From a virus (taxonomy: Duplodnaviria > Caudoviricetes), in the IMG/VR virus record IMGVR_UViG_3300018432_000570, positions 1 to 62,168 of that record: 62,168 nt of DNA; one strand, given 5' to 3'. The notes below the pieces were generated by a model, which was not told where the DNA came from, did not search any database, and was given only the letters and a program-made list of their open reading frames with translations. Position numbers and translations under genes: made by a program. Positions 15,417 through 25,606 of this stretch are shown here, piece after piece. Position 1 is the stretch's first letter; each line of letters opens with the position of its first letter.

Positions 15417-15782
15417 TCAGGCTCCCTTCAAAGCGTTGGAGATGTCCGCCATGCCTGCCACAGCTTCATCGAGGGCATTCGACATGTCGTTGGAAGAGCA
15501 GACGGCCGAGAAGCGCTCAGCACGTCCCAGGGCGGCGTTGACGGTGCGAATGCCGGCCGCGACAGCCTTGCCCCTCGCAGAGCCCGGCACAATGGCTCCA
15601 GCGTCCCCCAGCGCGTTGATCGCGTCAAGCGCCAAGTCGAACGCCTTCCACGCCGTCTCGAGCTTGTCGCCGGCGACACAGGCGGCTTGCTGGACCGGTT
15701 GGGACACAGTGCCGAGCTGGGGCAACCCCGGAACGGCGCACCCCGCGAGCAACAGGGGGACGAATAGCAGGACACGCTTCAT
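15417..15782 (-). CDS. Lipoprotein (possible spanin-like component)
   Basis: MKRVLLFVPLLLAGC lipobox, AAGGAG RBS. Confidence 0.75.
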   Translation of the reverse strand: MKRVLLFVPLLLAGCAVPGLPQLGTVSQPVQQAACVAGDKLETAWKAFDLALDAINALGDAGAIVPGSARGKAVAAGIRTVNAALGRAERFSAVCSSNDMSNALDEAVAGMADISNALKGA

Positions 15783-16000
15783 GATGGGTCTCCTTGGGTT
15801 GCAGCGTCGAGCTGGGCGAGAAATAGACGGGCCCGGGCTTCGTGTTTCTTCCACTGAGGTCCGCGCCGGCCGGGATCCACGCCTCCCCTGGCACGGCTGA
15901 GATTGTCGGATGCCGGCAGCGACGTGAGGATGATCGTCTCGTCCGGGTCCTGCCCTTCCTCGGTGCAGATGGCTCGGCAGACGCGCTCGAGGCGGCTCAT
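15779..16000 (-). CDS. Hypothetical protein
   Basis: ATGA overlaps on both sides (MSRLERVCRAIC). Confidence 0.6.
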   Translation of the reverse strand: MSRLERVCRAICTEEGQDPDETIILTSLPASDNLSRARGGVDPGRRGPQWKKHEARARLFLAQLDAATQGDPS

Positions 16001-16323
16001 GGCTTGGCCACGTTGACGGTGTCGGCTTCCACTTCCATAGTGCCGGTCTGCCCGGGGCCGGCAGGGGTGGAGCCCGCCAGTTGGTTGCCGAGCCGCTCGA
16101 CTTGGCGACCGGAAGCGAGGGCTACGAGGGTGGCGAGGCAATCGCCCAGCTTCAGTGCACAGGCGGTCGCGATCGACACCAAGACGTTCTCAGCCCAATT
16201 CGGAAGGGTCCGGGGGTTAAGGAACAAGCCCCAGACGATGCTCAGCAGGATGACGATCAACCCGACGGAGATGGAGGCTAGAACCCATCGATCGGCGTTG
16301 CGTTCGGCCATGGTGGCGCTCAC
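15997..16323 (-). CDS. Putative holin / membrane protein
   Basis: Two hydrophobic segments; directly after the endolysin. Confidence 0.6.
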   Translation of the reverse strand: MSATMAERNADRWVLASISVGLIVILLSIVWGLFLNPRTLPNWAENVLVSIATACALKLGDCLATLVALASGRQVERLGNQLAGSTPAGPGQTGTMEVEADTVNVAKP

Positions 16324-16907
16324 AGCAGCAGTCCCTTCGTTTTCACCAGCCGCGCTTTACGGTCGGCTAGGCCGTTCGTGCCGCCGTTGATGCGCCTCGT
16401 GATCGCGAGGATGTCATCCGCGTCTGCGAGCTCGTTCAGTCCATGGTCAGACCAGTAGAGGCAGGCGGTGAGCATCCCCACCGACGGGAGCGCGGCGATC
16501 TCCGGATGGCTCTCGAGGTCGATCCCGATCTTCTGACCGAAACGCCGATAGTTCGATCGGCCGGTAAGCTGTATCGGCCCCCTGCCCTTGTAACGTCTTC
16601 CATCGCCGACGATGACGTTGCCGAGGTCGTTGCGGCCTTCGTAAGCTGCGCCGCTCGCGATCTCCTCCATGTAGACGAACCCCATGCTTTCATGCGCGAG
16701 CTGGGCGAGGAAATGCGCCAAGCGGAGAGGTGTATGGGAAATCCCATAGACGTCGACGTGGACGGCAGCACCCAACGCAAGTTCGCGGGCGCGCTCTGAC
16801 CCAGCGCCCAGCGAGCGGAAGACAGCCGCCCAGGTTCCGCGGCCGAATACCCCATCCTCTGCCACGCCTACGCGCTTCTGGAGGAGCATGATGTCCGAGG
16901 GGTTCAT
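16320..16907 (-). CDS. Endolysin, glycoside hydrolase family 19
   Basis: HFLAQLAHES, GDGRRYKGRGPIQLTGRSNY, TRRINGGTNGLADR; N-terminal DGVFGRGT PG-binding-like segment. Confidence 0.92.
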   Translation of the reverse strand: MNPSDIMLLQKRVGVAEDGVFGRGTWAAVFRSLGAGSERARELALGAAVHVDVYGISHTPLRLAHFLAQLAHESMGFVYMEEIASGAAYEGRNDLGNVIVGDGRRYKGRGPIQLTGRSNYRRFGQKIGIDLESHPEIAALPSVGMLTACLYWSDHGLNELADADDILAITRRINGGTNGLADRKARLVKTKGLLL

Positions 16908-17302
16908 CCGCCCGCTCCTTGTATAACGAAGATGATGCCGTTTATGGCGGCGATGGCGGCGACGATGGCGCCGATGGTTTTCCAGTTGCCGGTCGATCCT
17001 GTGGTCTTGTTCTTCTCGGCCGCCACGTCTCGGCGCACCTCGTCCAGCGTCCTCTCGATCTGCTCAACTTGCTGAACGGTAGCTTTGCCTTTTGCCTGAT
17101 CCTCCAGAGCGCCGCGCCATTCGTTCGTCGTTTGCATCCGCTTCTCGAACGTCTCCGCAAGGACCCCGGTGGCCCTAAATATTCCGAAGATCATCGCCCC
17201 AAGAGTTCCGACGATAGCGACAGAGCGCATGTCCGCGGTGTGCCGGCGCTCGGCGTTGAGCGCGTCGAGATACTCTTTCATTGGAACGCCGGTTTCGGTC
17301 AT
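16904..17302 (-). CDS. Coiled-coil membrane protein (lysis region)
   Basis: Two hydrophobic stretches; ATGA-coupled. Confidence 0.65.
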   Translation of the reverse strand: MTETGVPMKEYLDALNAERRHTADMRSVAIVGTLGAMIFGIFRATGVLAETFEKRMQTTNEWRGALEDQAKGKATVQQVEQIERTLDEVRRDVAAEKNKTTGSTGNWKTIGAIVAAIAAINGIIFVIQGAGG

Positions 17303-17613
17303 GTGCCCATTCCGATCATTTTGGCGATGACCGCGAACGCGCCTCCGCCGACCAGCCAAGGCACAATCTTGACGATCCATTCGCCCAGGGAGATGGCGCC
17401 GTCGCGCCGGTTCTTCTCGTCTTTGAGCTCTTGCACCTCGCCCTTTAGCTTCTCGACATCGGCGGCAACGTGCCCCTGCGAGATGACGAGAGTGCCCAGC
17501 GCGTCCAGCTTGGCCGAGTTGTTCGCAGTGTCATGCTTCACCACGCGCAAGGTCGCGGCGATGTCTCCCATTTTTTCATACATGGAGAGGTAGTCCGGCG
17601 CGCCGTCGGGCAT
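17299..17613 (-). CDS. Coiled-coil protein with C-terminal TM (holin-associated type)
   Basis: Heptad region then WIVKIVPWLVGGGAFAVIA. Confidence 0.7.
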   Translation of the reverse strand: MPDGAPDYLSMYEKMGDIAATLRVVKHDTANNSAKLDALGTLVISQGHVAADVEKLKGEVQELKDEKNRRDGAISLGEWIVKIVPWLVGGGAFAVIAKMIGMGT

Positions 17614-17614
17614 G

Positions 17615-17857
17615 TTAACTAGCCCTTCCTGCTACAATCGCCGCAGCGCTGCCCTGAACAAGCTCTATGGCTCGTTCCATGTCGATCTTACGAGAGTACC
17701 CGCGAGTGTGGCCTTGGGCGACGATCTCGCCATTCACGACCGCCAGATGCCAAAAGTAGCGATGTCCGCGCAGGGTCAGGCGACGGGACCAGACGAACCG
17801 CATCGTCTGCCGGACGCCGGGCAACATGTAGAACGTAGACGGAAATGCAGGCGCCAT
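17615..17857 (-). CDS. YegP/DUF1508-like small protein
   Basis: YFWHLAVVNGEIVAQG..GYSRKIDMERAIELVQ; start uncertain (17857 or 17803). Confidence 0.65.
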   Translation of the reverse strand: MAPAFPSTFYMLPGVRQTMRFVWSRRLTLRGHRYFWHLAVVNGEIVAQGHTRGYSRKIDMERAIELVQGSAAAIVAGRAS

Positions 17858-17899
17858 AACCAGCTTTCGACTGGGGCACCTCGGGACGACCTGCTTATA

Positions 17900-18646
17900 T
17901 CAGGTCCATTCAGTCATTGAAAGAGCCCAGCGCGTTTGACTTGGATTCTGGCGTTCGAACGCTTCGAACTTTTCAAAGAGTCCGTAATGGATCCGAGCGC
18001 CCAAGTTGGCGGTGTCTGCCGGGTCCTCAACCACCAGCACTGGCGAGGTCTCGCCTCGGTCCTTCGCTACGGTCCACAGTGCCTCTACCTCGGCGTCCGT
18101 GAGATCGCCAAAGGTCCAGCGATAGGCTGCCTTACGCGCTCCCTGTCCAATGCCAAAACCACCACCGAGAAGGCTTTCTTTGGCTCCGGTGTCGATCAAC
18201 TGCCGACCGCCGCCCCACTCGCGGTTGTGCGTCGGCTGAAAGGACAGGCCGAACAGAACGACGCCCGCGGAGGGATGAGTGCTCAGATTGCTTATCGAGA
18301 TCTGGAAATAGCGCTTCACAGCCGAAGCGGCCAGGCGGCTGAAGCCGTAAGGTGCCGCATTTGTCGGGGCGCCAGGAGCATAGAGATCCACCATGCCCGT
18401 TCCCATCCCGGTACCGCCCCTGAACGCTGATAGGAAACTGCCATTCATTCCGCCGACGAATATGGTATCGACGGTGACCGTCGCCCCCATATCAATATTC
18501 AACTCGAGGGTTCCGCTGCCGACCGTCCCAGTCCAGATTTCCTTCGGGTCGGGAGTGAGCAGGTTGGAAACCCCGGTCGAGAATGCCGGGATGGCGGCGG
18601 CCACCGACGAAATCGGCAATGGCTGGCAGATTAGCATGTTACTCAT
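17900..18646 (-). CDS. Tail-associated hypothetical protein
   Basis: Coupled run downstream of tail tip gene; beta-rich. Confidence 0.7.
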   Translation of the reverse strand: MSNMLICQPLPISSVAAAIPAFSTGVSNLLTPDPKEIWTGTVGSGTLELNIDMGATVTVDTIFVGGMNGSFLSAFRGGTGMGTGMVDLYAPGAPTNAAPYGFSRLAASAVKRYFQISISNLSTHPSAGVVLFGLSFQPTHNREWGGGRQLIDTGAKESLLGGGFGIGQGARKAAYRWTFGDLTDAEVEALWTVAKDRGETSPVLVVEDPADTANLGARIHYGLFEKFEAFERQNPSQTRWALSMTEWT

Positions 18647-19002
18647 GTCAGCTTCCTCAGAACCGTCAGATAGGTTCTCTCGACGTCGGCCGCCTCTTCA
18701 GCCCCAATAACGAAAACGGTGAGACCAGCATCGTAGCCGAGCTGCGCCACCGTTATTGTCACGGGGCGCCCGATCAGGTCGGAGCGAAGGCCCTTTACAT
18801 TGTGACGTTCAACCGCGAGGGGCCCTTCTAGGAAGTCTTGCTGTCGGGCGGCTTCGGTGGCCGCAGCCGATGAAAGCGCGAGGCAGCTTACGATTTCCGT
18901 CTCTGAGGCATCGACGCCCCACGCCGTCGCGATGCCGGTGTCCGTCGAGCTCGCGAAAAGTACCCCGCCTTTCAACCATGCGACCGTTCCAGCATCAACC
19001 AT
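18643..19002 (-). CDS. Tail-associated hypothetical protein
   Basis: Overlapping stop/start with neighbours. Confidence 0.7.
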   Translation of the reverse strand: MVDAGTVAWLKGGVLFASSTDTGIATAWGVDASETEIVSCLALSSAAATEAARQQDFLEGPLAVERHNVKGLRSDLIGRPVTITVAQLGYDAGLTVFVIGAEEAADVERTYLTVLRKLT

Positions 19003-19591
19003 CCGCCGTCCCCTTCTCGACCGTGATCAGGCGGTCCCAATCCACGGCGGCGGCGGCTCGCTTCTCCTCTGCTGTCGTTGCCGCGGCGACGGCAGCCTTC
19101 GCGGACTCACGCCTGATCTCAACCGCAGAGCCTATGACGCGCCAGGCGTCAGCTCGAGCAACGACCATCCCCGCCATCTTTTCGACTTCAATACCGCGGG
19201 CCTTCGCGCCGCCGGTGATCATTGGGGCGTCGGCAGAATCGCCGCCGGCCAGGATAGCGCGCGCTTCCACCTCCTTGGCCATGTAGGTCATTTCCTGTCC
19301 GGGCTGGTCGGTGATGAAGCGGCAGCGGAACGCTCCGGCGGCCTCATCAATCGCCTTCAGAAGATCGGCTTCAAGGCGCACCAGGTCCGGTACGATCGCG
19401 CCATCCTCGAGTTGCTCGTACTCTTCCGGGTAACGGTCGAAATCCGCCGCGACCACAGCCCAATCCGGATAATTTTCCGGGTCGCGGACCATCTGCCGTT
19501 CGCCGCTCGCAGGCTCCTCGATGATGTGCCATGCATCCGGGTGCCTAGTCTCCGGATCCGGCGCTGGGGGCGGGTTCGCTTCATCGCTCAT
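18995..19591 (-). CDS. Putative tail fibre assembly/chaperone protein
   Basis: IDEAAG..R..FIT..PGQEMTY..KEVEARA motif typical of genes following fibres. Confidence 0.65.
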   Translation of the reverse strand: MSDEANPPPAPDPETRHPDAWHIIEEPASGERQMVRDPENYPDWAVVAADFDRYPEEYEQLEDGAIVPDLVRLEADLLKAIDEAAGAFRCRFITDQPGQEMTYMAKEVEARAILAGGDSADAPMITGGAKARGIEVEKMAGMVVARADAWRVIGSAVEIRRESAKAAVAAATTAEEKRAAAAVDWDRLITVEKGTADG

Positions 19592-22263
19592 GCCGTGATC
19601 ACCATGCTACCGGTTACAGTGTGATTGCGCGGGCCCGCCGTGATCCTGGCCATGACGCGATAGCTGTAGACCGAGCCAGCGGTCAGGCCCGTTTCTGCGA
19701 TCGCTCCGGCGAGGTTGCCATATTCGCCGCCGCCGTCGGCGCTGTTCCATGCCGAGGTCGCGCTGGCAGTGAGACTCGCCGGGCTTCCGACGTCGGTCCA
19801 GACGCTGGCGATGCTACGCTGAAGCTTGGCTTGCAGGGTCCAGCTACCATTGGCGCCGGAGTCCGGGAAATAGTCGGCGTTGATGCTAACGTTCACTGCT
19901 GTTTTTCCGGTCGGCATCGTGACGGCCAGCGCACCGGTGACGTCGACATAGGTGGTGCTGTTGACGTCGGTGAAGCCGCTGGTCTTCGAATTGAGGGTGC
20001 CCCCGCCCCCGCCCCCCACCGGGGCCGCCGCGATGTCCTTCTTGAACTTCATCGGCATCTGTGTCGGCACACCCTCGTGCACCGCGGTGAGCAGGAGTGT
20101 CGCCTCGTTGGTGCCGAGGCTGCTGGCGGTGAGCGTTCCTACGCCGGTCCCCGACATGGTCTTGCTGCCCGAGGCTGAGGTGAAGGTGTTGAAGGTGCCC
20201 TGGGTCACGGCATAGGTCCAGGTTACCCCTGCCGTGATCTCGACCCCCTGCTTGTAGAGCTTCCAACTGTAATCGCGCGGCAGGGTGTCAGTGGTGGTGC
20301 CCAGATAGTCGTAGGGAACGGCGATCTCCGGCGGCCCGAAGCCGATGAACCGGGGAGTGGTGGCGAAGGCCTCGGCATCCGTGAGGCGAATAGGAGGGCT
20401 CCACGTCCCGACCAGCGTCTCGTCAGCCTTTTGCTCCCCGTAGCTGACCCAGATCGGGTCCGTGCCGATGAGGACCGGGCTGGGGCCGAAGGCCACCGTG
20501 TTGACCGCGCTGTTGGCCTCGTTGAAACTGGAGTCCAGGTAGAGCGCCGTGGCGGCGGCTATGGTGGGTGTCGGCGCGCCGACCAGCGCCGTTCCGTTCT
20601 TGACGAGGGTCACGGTCGATCCGATTCGCTTCAGGCCGAGGGTGTCGCCGGTCGTATAGGTCCCGAACGGGCCGGTAAGGGTGCCGCTCAGGTTCGCGTG
20701 AAGAGTGCCGGACGAGGTTACCCACATCGCGACGTCGATGCCCGTGTAATTATTGTCCGTGGCAGGGTCGGTATTGAAGCCGATCATCAGGTTCGCGGTC
20801 GTCTGGCTCGCTTTGAACGACACCTCGATGTCGCCGGCATGCGACTCAAGGGACCTGAAGCTTTGATCCCATGAGCCGCCGGCTCCCGTTTTGGTAAAAG
20901 TGGTATTGTTCGCGGAGGCCGCCAAGCCGGATGAGCTCGCCGAAGTGAAGATCCCGCTTGGCTTCGGGCTCCAACTCGTCGGCGTGCCGTTGCCTGTTGG
21001 GGTGGCTGGCTGAGTGGCGGATCGCTTGTAGACCGGCGTCATGTTGCGGCCAGCACCGTCGGCTATGCCATCCAGCTTAGCCCCGGAAGCAGGGTCCATC
21101 TGAAGCAACGACGCCGCGATTTCACCATCGCCATGGAGGCGATAGGAGCGCTGAAAGCCCACTCGCCGCGTCTTGACGGGTGGGAAGGTGCGCTCGCGAT
21201 CGACGTGGTCGGAGGCGATGCTTTCGACAGGCGAAGAAAATGTGATCTCTCGCAGCGTGATCGTGCCTGCACCTGCGTTGAAGATCCAAAGCAGCGAGAC
21301 GCCCATAAGCAGCCGGTTCAGGACGGCATTAATGTTCTCGTCTTCATCGAGGTGGATTCCGGCTGCTCCGGACCGCCATGCGGCCGCAGTGGCCGTATTG
21401 GTGATCGCCGGGCCAGAAGCGGCGGCGAGAATGGCGGCGGCGATCTCTGGCGCCGTCTCGACATATCCGGCCCCTATCTCGCCCTTGACGTCCGCGGTCA
21501 GGGGGCCGGCCGGCTGCGTCCACCACTTCACGCAAGCGATCGATGGGGCGACGCACCCCGAACCCTGGACGGGCGTCGACGCAATGAGAGCGGTCAAGGT
21601 AGCGGCAACTGATCCGGCCCACGAGATGACGGTCGGCGCGGGACTGGCATCCCGGCCCATGTCCCGCACCACCTCGAAGGATTGCCATTTAAAGTTAGGA
21701 TCTCCGAACTCATAGATGTTGTTCGCCTTGTCGAGGATGTTTCCAGGGATATTAAAGACCCGGCCCCATGCGCGTCTCTTGGCACGGCCAGTTGCTTCGG
21801 ATCCGCCTTCTGCGGCGCCCGTCCCGGCAAAGCGCGCGGTAACGACGGGCCGGTCCAGTCCCACACTGAGGTCAGCAAGGGTGATCACGAGCTGATGACT
21901 CTTCGGAACGGCGTCTGCCACCCTGCCGGTCAGGCGAGTGGTGAAGACGGCGGTGTCTTCGTCTCCCTCTTCGGCGGTAATGGTGGCCCCAGGCCAGTAA
22001 TAGGCGGCGGCCGAAGCAAGGTCCGCTTTTGTCGACGGCGCCCATGAAAGCACGCCCGTGGCCGGCACGACCCCGCCGGTCCATCCGTTTTCATCCCATC
22101 CGATTGCCGCCGATAGCTTGAGAAGTTTCGTCAAGCCCGCACGAAAGTGGTTGCTCGAATAGTAATGGGGCTTCGAATGGCCTCCGCCGGCCATACGAAA
22201 TGCGGTCGCGACACCCGTGCCGGCAACTCGAGGTTGAGCAGTGAGGTGCAGGACCTTAGTCAA
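19588..22263 (-). CDS. Tail tip / receptor-binding protein
   Basis: ~890 aa after the TMP; G...KRRAWGRVFNI motif, T/S/G-rich beta C-terminus; TTG start overlapping TMP stop is my inference. Confidence 0.75.
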   Translation of the reverse strand: MTKVLHLTAQPRVAGTGVATAFRMAGGGHSKPHYYSSNHFRAGLTKLLKLSAAIGWDENGWTGGVVPATGVLSWAPSTKADLASAAAYYWPGATITAEEGDEDTAVFTTRLTGRVADAVPKSHQLVITLADLSVGLDRPVVTARFAGTGAAEGGSEATGRAKRRAWGRVFNIPGNILDKANNIYEFGDPNFKWQSFEVVRDMGRDASPAPTVISWAGSVAATLTALIASTPVQGSGCVAPSIACVKWWTQPAGPLTADVKGEIGAGYVETAPEIAAAILAAASGPAITNTATAAAWRSGAAGIHLDEDENINAVLNRLLMGVSLLWIFNAGAGTITLREITFSSPVESIASDHVDRERTFPPVKTRRVGFQRSYRLHGDGEIAASLLQMDPASGAKLDGIADGAGRNMTPVYKRSATQPATPTGNGTPTSWSPKPSGIFTSASSSGLAASANNTTFTKTGAGGSWDQSFRSLESHAGDIEVSFKASQTTANLMIGFNTDPATDNNYTGIDVAMWVTSSGTLHANLSGTLTGPFGTYTTGDTLGLKRIGSTVTLVKNGTALVGAPTPTIAAATALYLDSSFNEANSAVNTVAFGPSPVLIGTDPIWVSYGEQKADETLVGTWSPPIRLTDAEAFATTPRFIGFGPPEIAVPYDYLGTTTDTLPRDYSWKLYKQGVEITAGVTWTYAVTQGTFNTFTSASGSKTMSGTGVGTLTASSLGTNEATLLLTAVHEGVPTQMPMKFKKDIAAAPVGGGGGGTLNSKTSGFTDVNSTTYVDVTGALAVTMPTGKTAVNVSINADYFPDSGANGSWTLQAKLQRSIASVWTDVGSPASLTASATSAWNSADGGGEYGNLAGAIAETGLTAGSVYSYRVMARITAGPRNHTVTGSMVITA

Positions 22264-25200
22264 GGGCCAAGTTTGCTTCGTAATAGGTGCGCGCACCGGC
22301 AGCGCCCGCAGCCGAGCTCGCAGCGCCAATGAGCGCGGCAAGTTTTCCGTCCATCCCGCGCAAGACGGTAATCATCTCGGCATTCTGGTTGTTGTTCTCG
22401 TTTAGATGCTCATTGGTTTGTGCCTGCCCTTCCTGGGCTAGACGGACACGCTCGGACTCGAGCTGGATCACCCGCTCTGCGCCGGTGATCGCCGTCTGAC
22501 GATCCGATGCAAACTCCCCCCCGGCCGTGCCGAAGGCCGATCGCGATAGCTCGATCAAGCGCCGGCTGAGATCAGCCAGCTTGTCGGCGGCACCGTCGAC
22601 CCCTGCCTCTGCGTCAGCTCGAGCGGTGGATATCTCCCCAAGCAGCTTGGTCCGTTGGTCGGTCAGCGAGCCCTCGAACAGGTCGCCGAAGCTGATATCG
22701 CTGAGCAAGGCCTTGAGGCTGCCAACGCGGGCCCCTAAGACATCCTCGACCAGCTTCGCCCGATCTTCGGCTGTGCGCTTCTCCAGCGCTACGACGTCAA
22801 AGCCGTATTCCCGGGCAATGCGAAGCCGCTCTTGGGCCTGGCGCTCAAAGTCTTTGAACTGCCGACCCATGGTCCCACCTAGATCGCTGAGAAGATCTTC
22901 AACCTCCTGGACCTTCAGGGCTTCCCGAAGAGCTTTGTCGATATTCGGAGACGAGCCGATGGCTCGTTGTACCGCAGCCGACAGCCCGACGATCGCGCCA
23001 TCCTTGATCGCATCGCCCAGCGCCGCAGCATAAGCTGCGGCTTCGTCCTTGCCGAAGTCCAGGGCCCCCTTTTTGGTTTTGGTGATGCCCTTACCGCTCG
23101 GGTCAACGCGATACTTTCCATCTCGCATGCCCACGGAAACCGCAAAGCTCCCGAGCGAGCCGCCGAGCGCCTCAGATATCTGCAAGAGGCTAGCCTGGAC
23201 ACCCTGCGCTCCCCCTAGTGCCGCGTCCTTGTATTTTGAACTGTTGCCGCGAACGGAGGGGTCGTCGAATGCGTTTGTGATGGTGGCGCTGCCCCGCCTG
23301 GAAGGAATGGCCGCGTTGATCAGCAGGTTGCCGCCAATGCCGAACATCCCCCCTGCCCGATTCTTGATCCCCAAAGCGCTGCTGAGGGAGCTGGTGATCG
23401 CCATAGTCGCCGCGGCATAGGGCAGCGCCTGACTGATACCCTGGACCGACGTTCCAAGCTTCACGAGGCCCCTATTCATGACGTCCTTGAGATGATCGAT
23501 CGCCTTCCCGAAAGATTTCGCCATCGCCGAGTTCGGGTCTCCGCCGCCGCTCAGCATATCCAGCATGGCGCCGAACTTGCCGCCAACCCCGCCGAAGTTC
23601 CCGGACTGGAGACCAACCAAGGTCCCCATGATGTCGCCGAGGATGTTGCCGACTTTGCCGCCCAGCGCGGCCGATATAGCGCGAGCCGCTTCTATCCCCT
23701 CTCGCTCGAATTCCCTTGCGCCCCGGCGGCTCGCCTCCTCCAGCCTGTCGCCGGCATCGCGTCCCACCCGCTCTGCAGCTTCGGACATCGTGTCCTCGTA
23801 GGATTTGGCGAAGTCTCCGCCGGTCACGCGGTCGATCAGCGCGGCATCGGCCTTCTTTTGCGCCTCGATCTGCTGACGTGATGCCTCCAGGCCAAGGGAT
23901 ATGGCCTGGCCGTCGGACAGGAAGCCCTTGCGGTTCAGCTCCGCAATTCGGTCGAGCTGGTCGGCATATTTCTCCGCCGCCGCTCGGGCCGGATCAAAGG
24001 CGCCGACTACCAAACCCAGCGACCGCTCAAGCTCCTCGATCGCTCGCCGGGCTTCATCGGCCGCGCGCTTCGCTTCATCTGCAAGCCGCTTCGATTCGCG
24101 ATTGACGTCGCTCTCGGAGTCTAGCGCAGCATCGCCCGCGTTGACCTTGAAGCGCCCTTTTGCCGGGTCGACATATTTCCCGCCTGAGATGACGGAATAG
24201 TGAAGATGGGCGCCGGTGCTGTTGCCGGTATTGCCCGACCGCGCGAAGGCGTCCCCAGCGGCCAATTGCGTGCCAACCCTGACCGCGCTCGTATCGCTCA
24301 GGTGGCCGAACTTCGTTTTCGTGCCGGCGCCGTGGTCGATGACGACATACTTGCCGAGCTTAGCGTCAAAGCCGACCGCCTCGACCGTTCCGACCGCCGG
24401 TGCCCGGACGGATGTCCCAGAAGGAACGGCGAAGTCGAGGCCCCGGTGGAAGGTCGAAGCGCCGGCCTTCGGCGCGGCCCTGGCTCCAAAGCCCGAGCTG
24501 ATGCGCCCATCAACGGGGTTGAGGAACGTGGCCATCTCAGGGCCAACCTTAGACTTCCTTTTTGCCTGCTGTTCCTCCTTGCGGGCAACATCGAGAGCCG
24601 CGTCGCGGGCCTTGGTCGCTTTTTCGAGTTCCTTCCGATACGTGGCGGTGTTGATCGTGTGTACGGTGAGCTGCTCGTTTAGCCGGCCCAGCGTCCGTTC
24701 GTAATCACCCGTTATTTTTGCCGTTTTGCTTGTCGCCTCTGCAACCTCCCGCTGCAAAATTGGCAACGCGGAGCGCGCGTAGGCCTTTTCTGCGACCTTA
24801 GTTGCTTCACTAAGCTTAGTGATCTCAACTTCAATCCGTCGGATCTCTCCCATTTTCTGCGTCACGATCGATAGCCCGGCGTCGCCCCCACCGGCCATAG
24901 CCGCCGCCAACTCCAGGTCGGCTTTAGCCTGCTCAAGCGCAGATTTCGCGGCCTCCCGGCGTCGCCTAGCCTCAATTACAAACCCGGCGGCAGTCGCAAG
25001 TGCTTGCTCCTCCCCTTGCTGAGATGTTTGCGTCTGCCTCTTGGTTGCGGCGTCGAGATCGTCGATTGCCTTGGTGAGCTCCCGAGCCGATAGCTTTTGA
25101 ATATCGAAGGCCTTGCCTGCGTCTTCCGCTTCCTCGCCGCTTTCGAAAAGAGACGCGCCGAGCGAGACCAGGCCGGTGATCGCTCCAGATATCGCCAGCC

Positions 25201-25606
25201 CTAGGACTCCGCCCAAGGCCCCGGCCACCGGCCCCAATATTGCACCAAACTTCCCCGCACTCGCACCGACCTTCGACAGCTTGTCGCCTAGGTTGAGCGC
25301 CTCGACGCCCGAATCAGCTAGCCCGCTGGCCGTATCTTTCAGGGTGTCGCCAAGCGACGAGCTGGCGGTCTCCGCCTGCTGCTGCGCTCCTGCTGACTTG
25401 GCAAGCTCGGCACTCTGAGCGGCGGCGGCCGCCCGAACCTCGTGGAAAGCCTTCGCCAGCTTATCGACGGGGGCGGTAGACGCCTGCTGGCCGGCAGAGC
25501 CCGCAGCCTTATTGAGGTCGGTTATTGCCCCCTTTGCTTCACCGACAGCGGACTTAAGGCCACTTGCGTCGGCGACTAGCTTGGCACTGACAATGAACTC
25601 GGCCAC
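22256..25606 (-). CDS. Tape measure protein with internal M23 peptidase domain
   Basis: 1116 aa Ala/Gly-rich helical; HRGLDFAVPSGT and GNSTGAHLHY (HxxxD / HxH). Confidence 0.9.
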   Translation of the reverse strand: MAEFIVSAKLVADASGLKSAVGEAKGAITDLNKAAGSAGQQASTAPVDKLAKAFHEVRAAAAAQSAELAKSAGAQQQAETASSSLGDTLKDTASGLADSGVEALNLGDKLSKVGASAGKFGAILGPVAGALGGVLGLAISGAITGLVSLGASLFESGEEAEDAGKAFDIQKLSARELTKAIDDLDAATKRQTQTSQQGEEQALATAAGFVIEARRRREAAKSALEQAKADLELAAAMAGGGDAGLSIVTQKMGEIRRIEVEITKLSEATKVAEKAYARSALPILQREVAEATSKTAKITGDYERTLGRLNEQLTVHTINTATYRKELEKATKARDAALDVARKEEQQAKRKSKVGPEMATFLNPVDGRISSGFGARAAPKAGASTFHRGLDFAVPSGTSVRAPAVGTVEAVGFDAKLGKYVVIDHGAGTKTKFGHLSDTSAVRVGTQLAAGDAFARSGNTGNSTGAHLHYSVISGGKYVDPAKGRFKVNAGDAALDSESDVNRESKRLADEAKRAADEARRAIEELERSLGLVVGAFDPARAAAEKYADQLDRIAELNRKGFLSDGQAISLGLEASRQQIEAQKKADAALIDRVTGGDFAKSYEDTMSEAAERVGRDAGDRLEEASRRGAREFEREGIEAARAISAALGGKVGNILGDIMGTLVGLQSGNFGGVGGKFGAMLDMLSGGGDPNSAMAKSFGKAIDHLKDVMNRGLVKLGTSVQGISQALPYAAATMAITSSLSSALGIKNRAGGMFGIGGNLLINAAIPSRRGSATITNAFDDPSVRGNSSKYKDAALGGAQGVQASLLQISEALGGSLGSFAVSVGMRDGKYRVDPSGKGITKTKKGALDFGKDEAAAYAAALGDAIKDGAIVGLSAAVQRAIGSSPNIDKALREALKVQEVEDLLSDLGGTMGRQFKDFERQAQERLRIAREYGFDVVALEKRTAEDRAKLVEDVLGARVGSLKALLSDISFGDLFEGSLTDQRTKLLGEISTARADAEAGVDGAADKLADLSRRLIELSRSAFGTAGGEFASDRQTAITGAERVIQLESERVRLAQEGQAQTNEHLNENNNQNAEMITVLRGMDGKLAALIGAASSAAGAAGARTYYEANLALD

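Noticed and set aside
19588-22263. Diversity-generating retroelement or invertible tail fibre
   Set aside because: No reverse transcriptase, invertase or template repeat seen.
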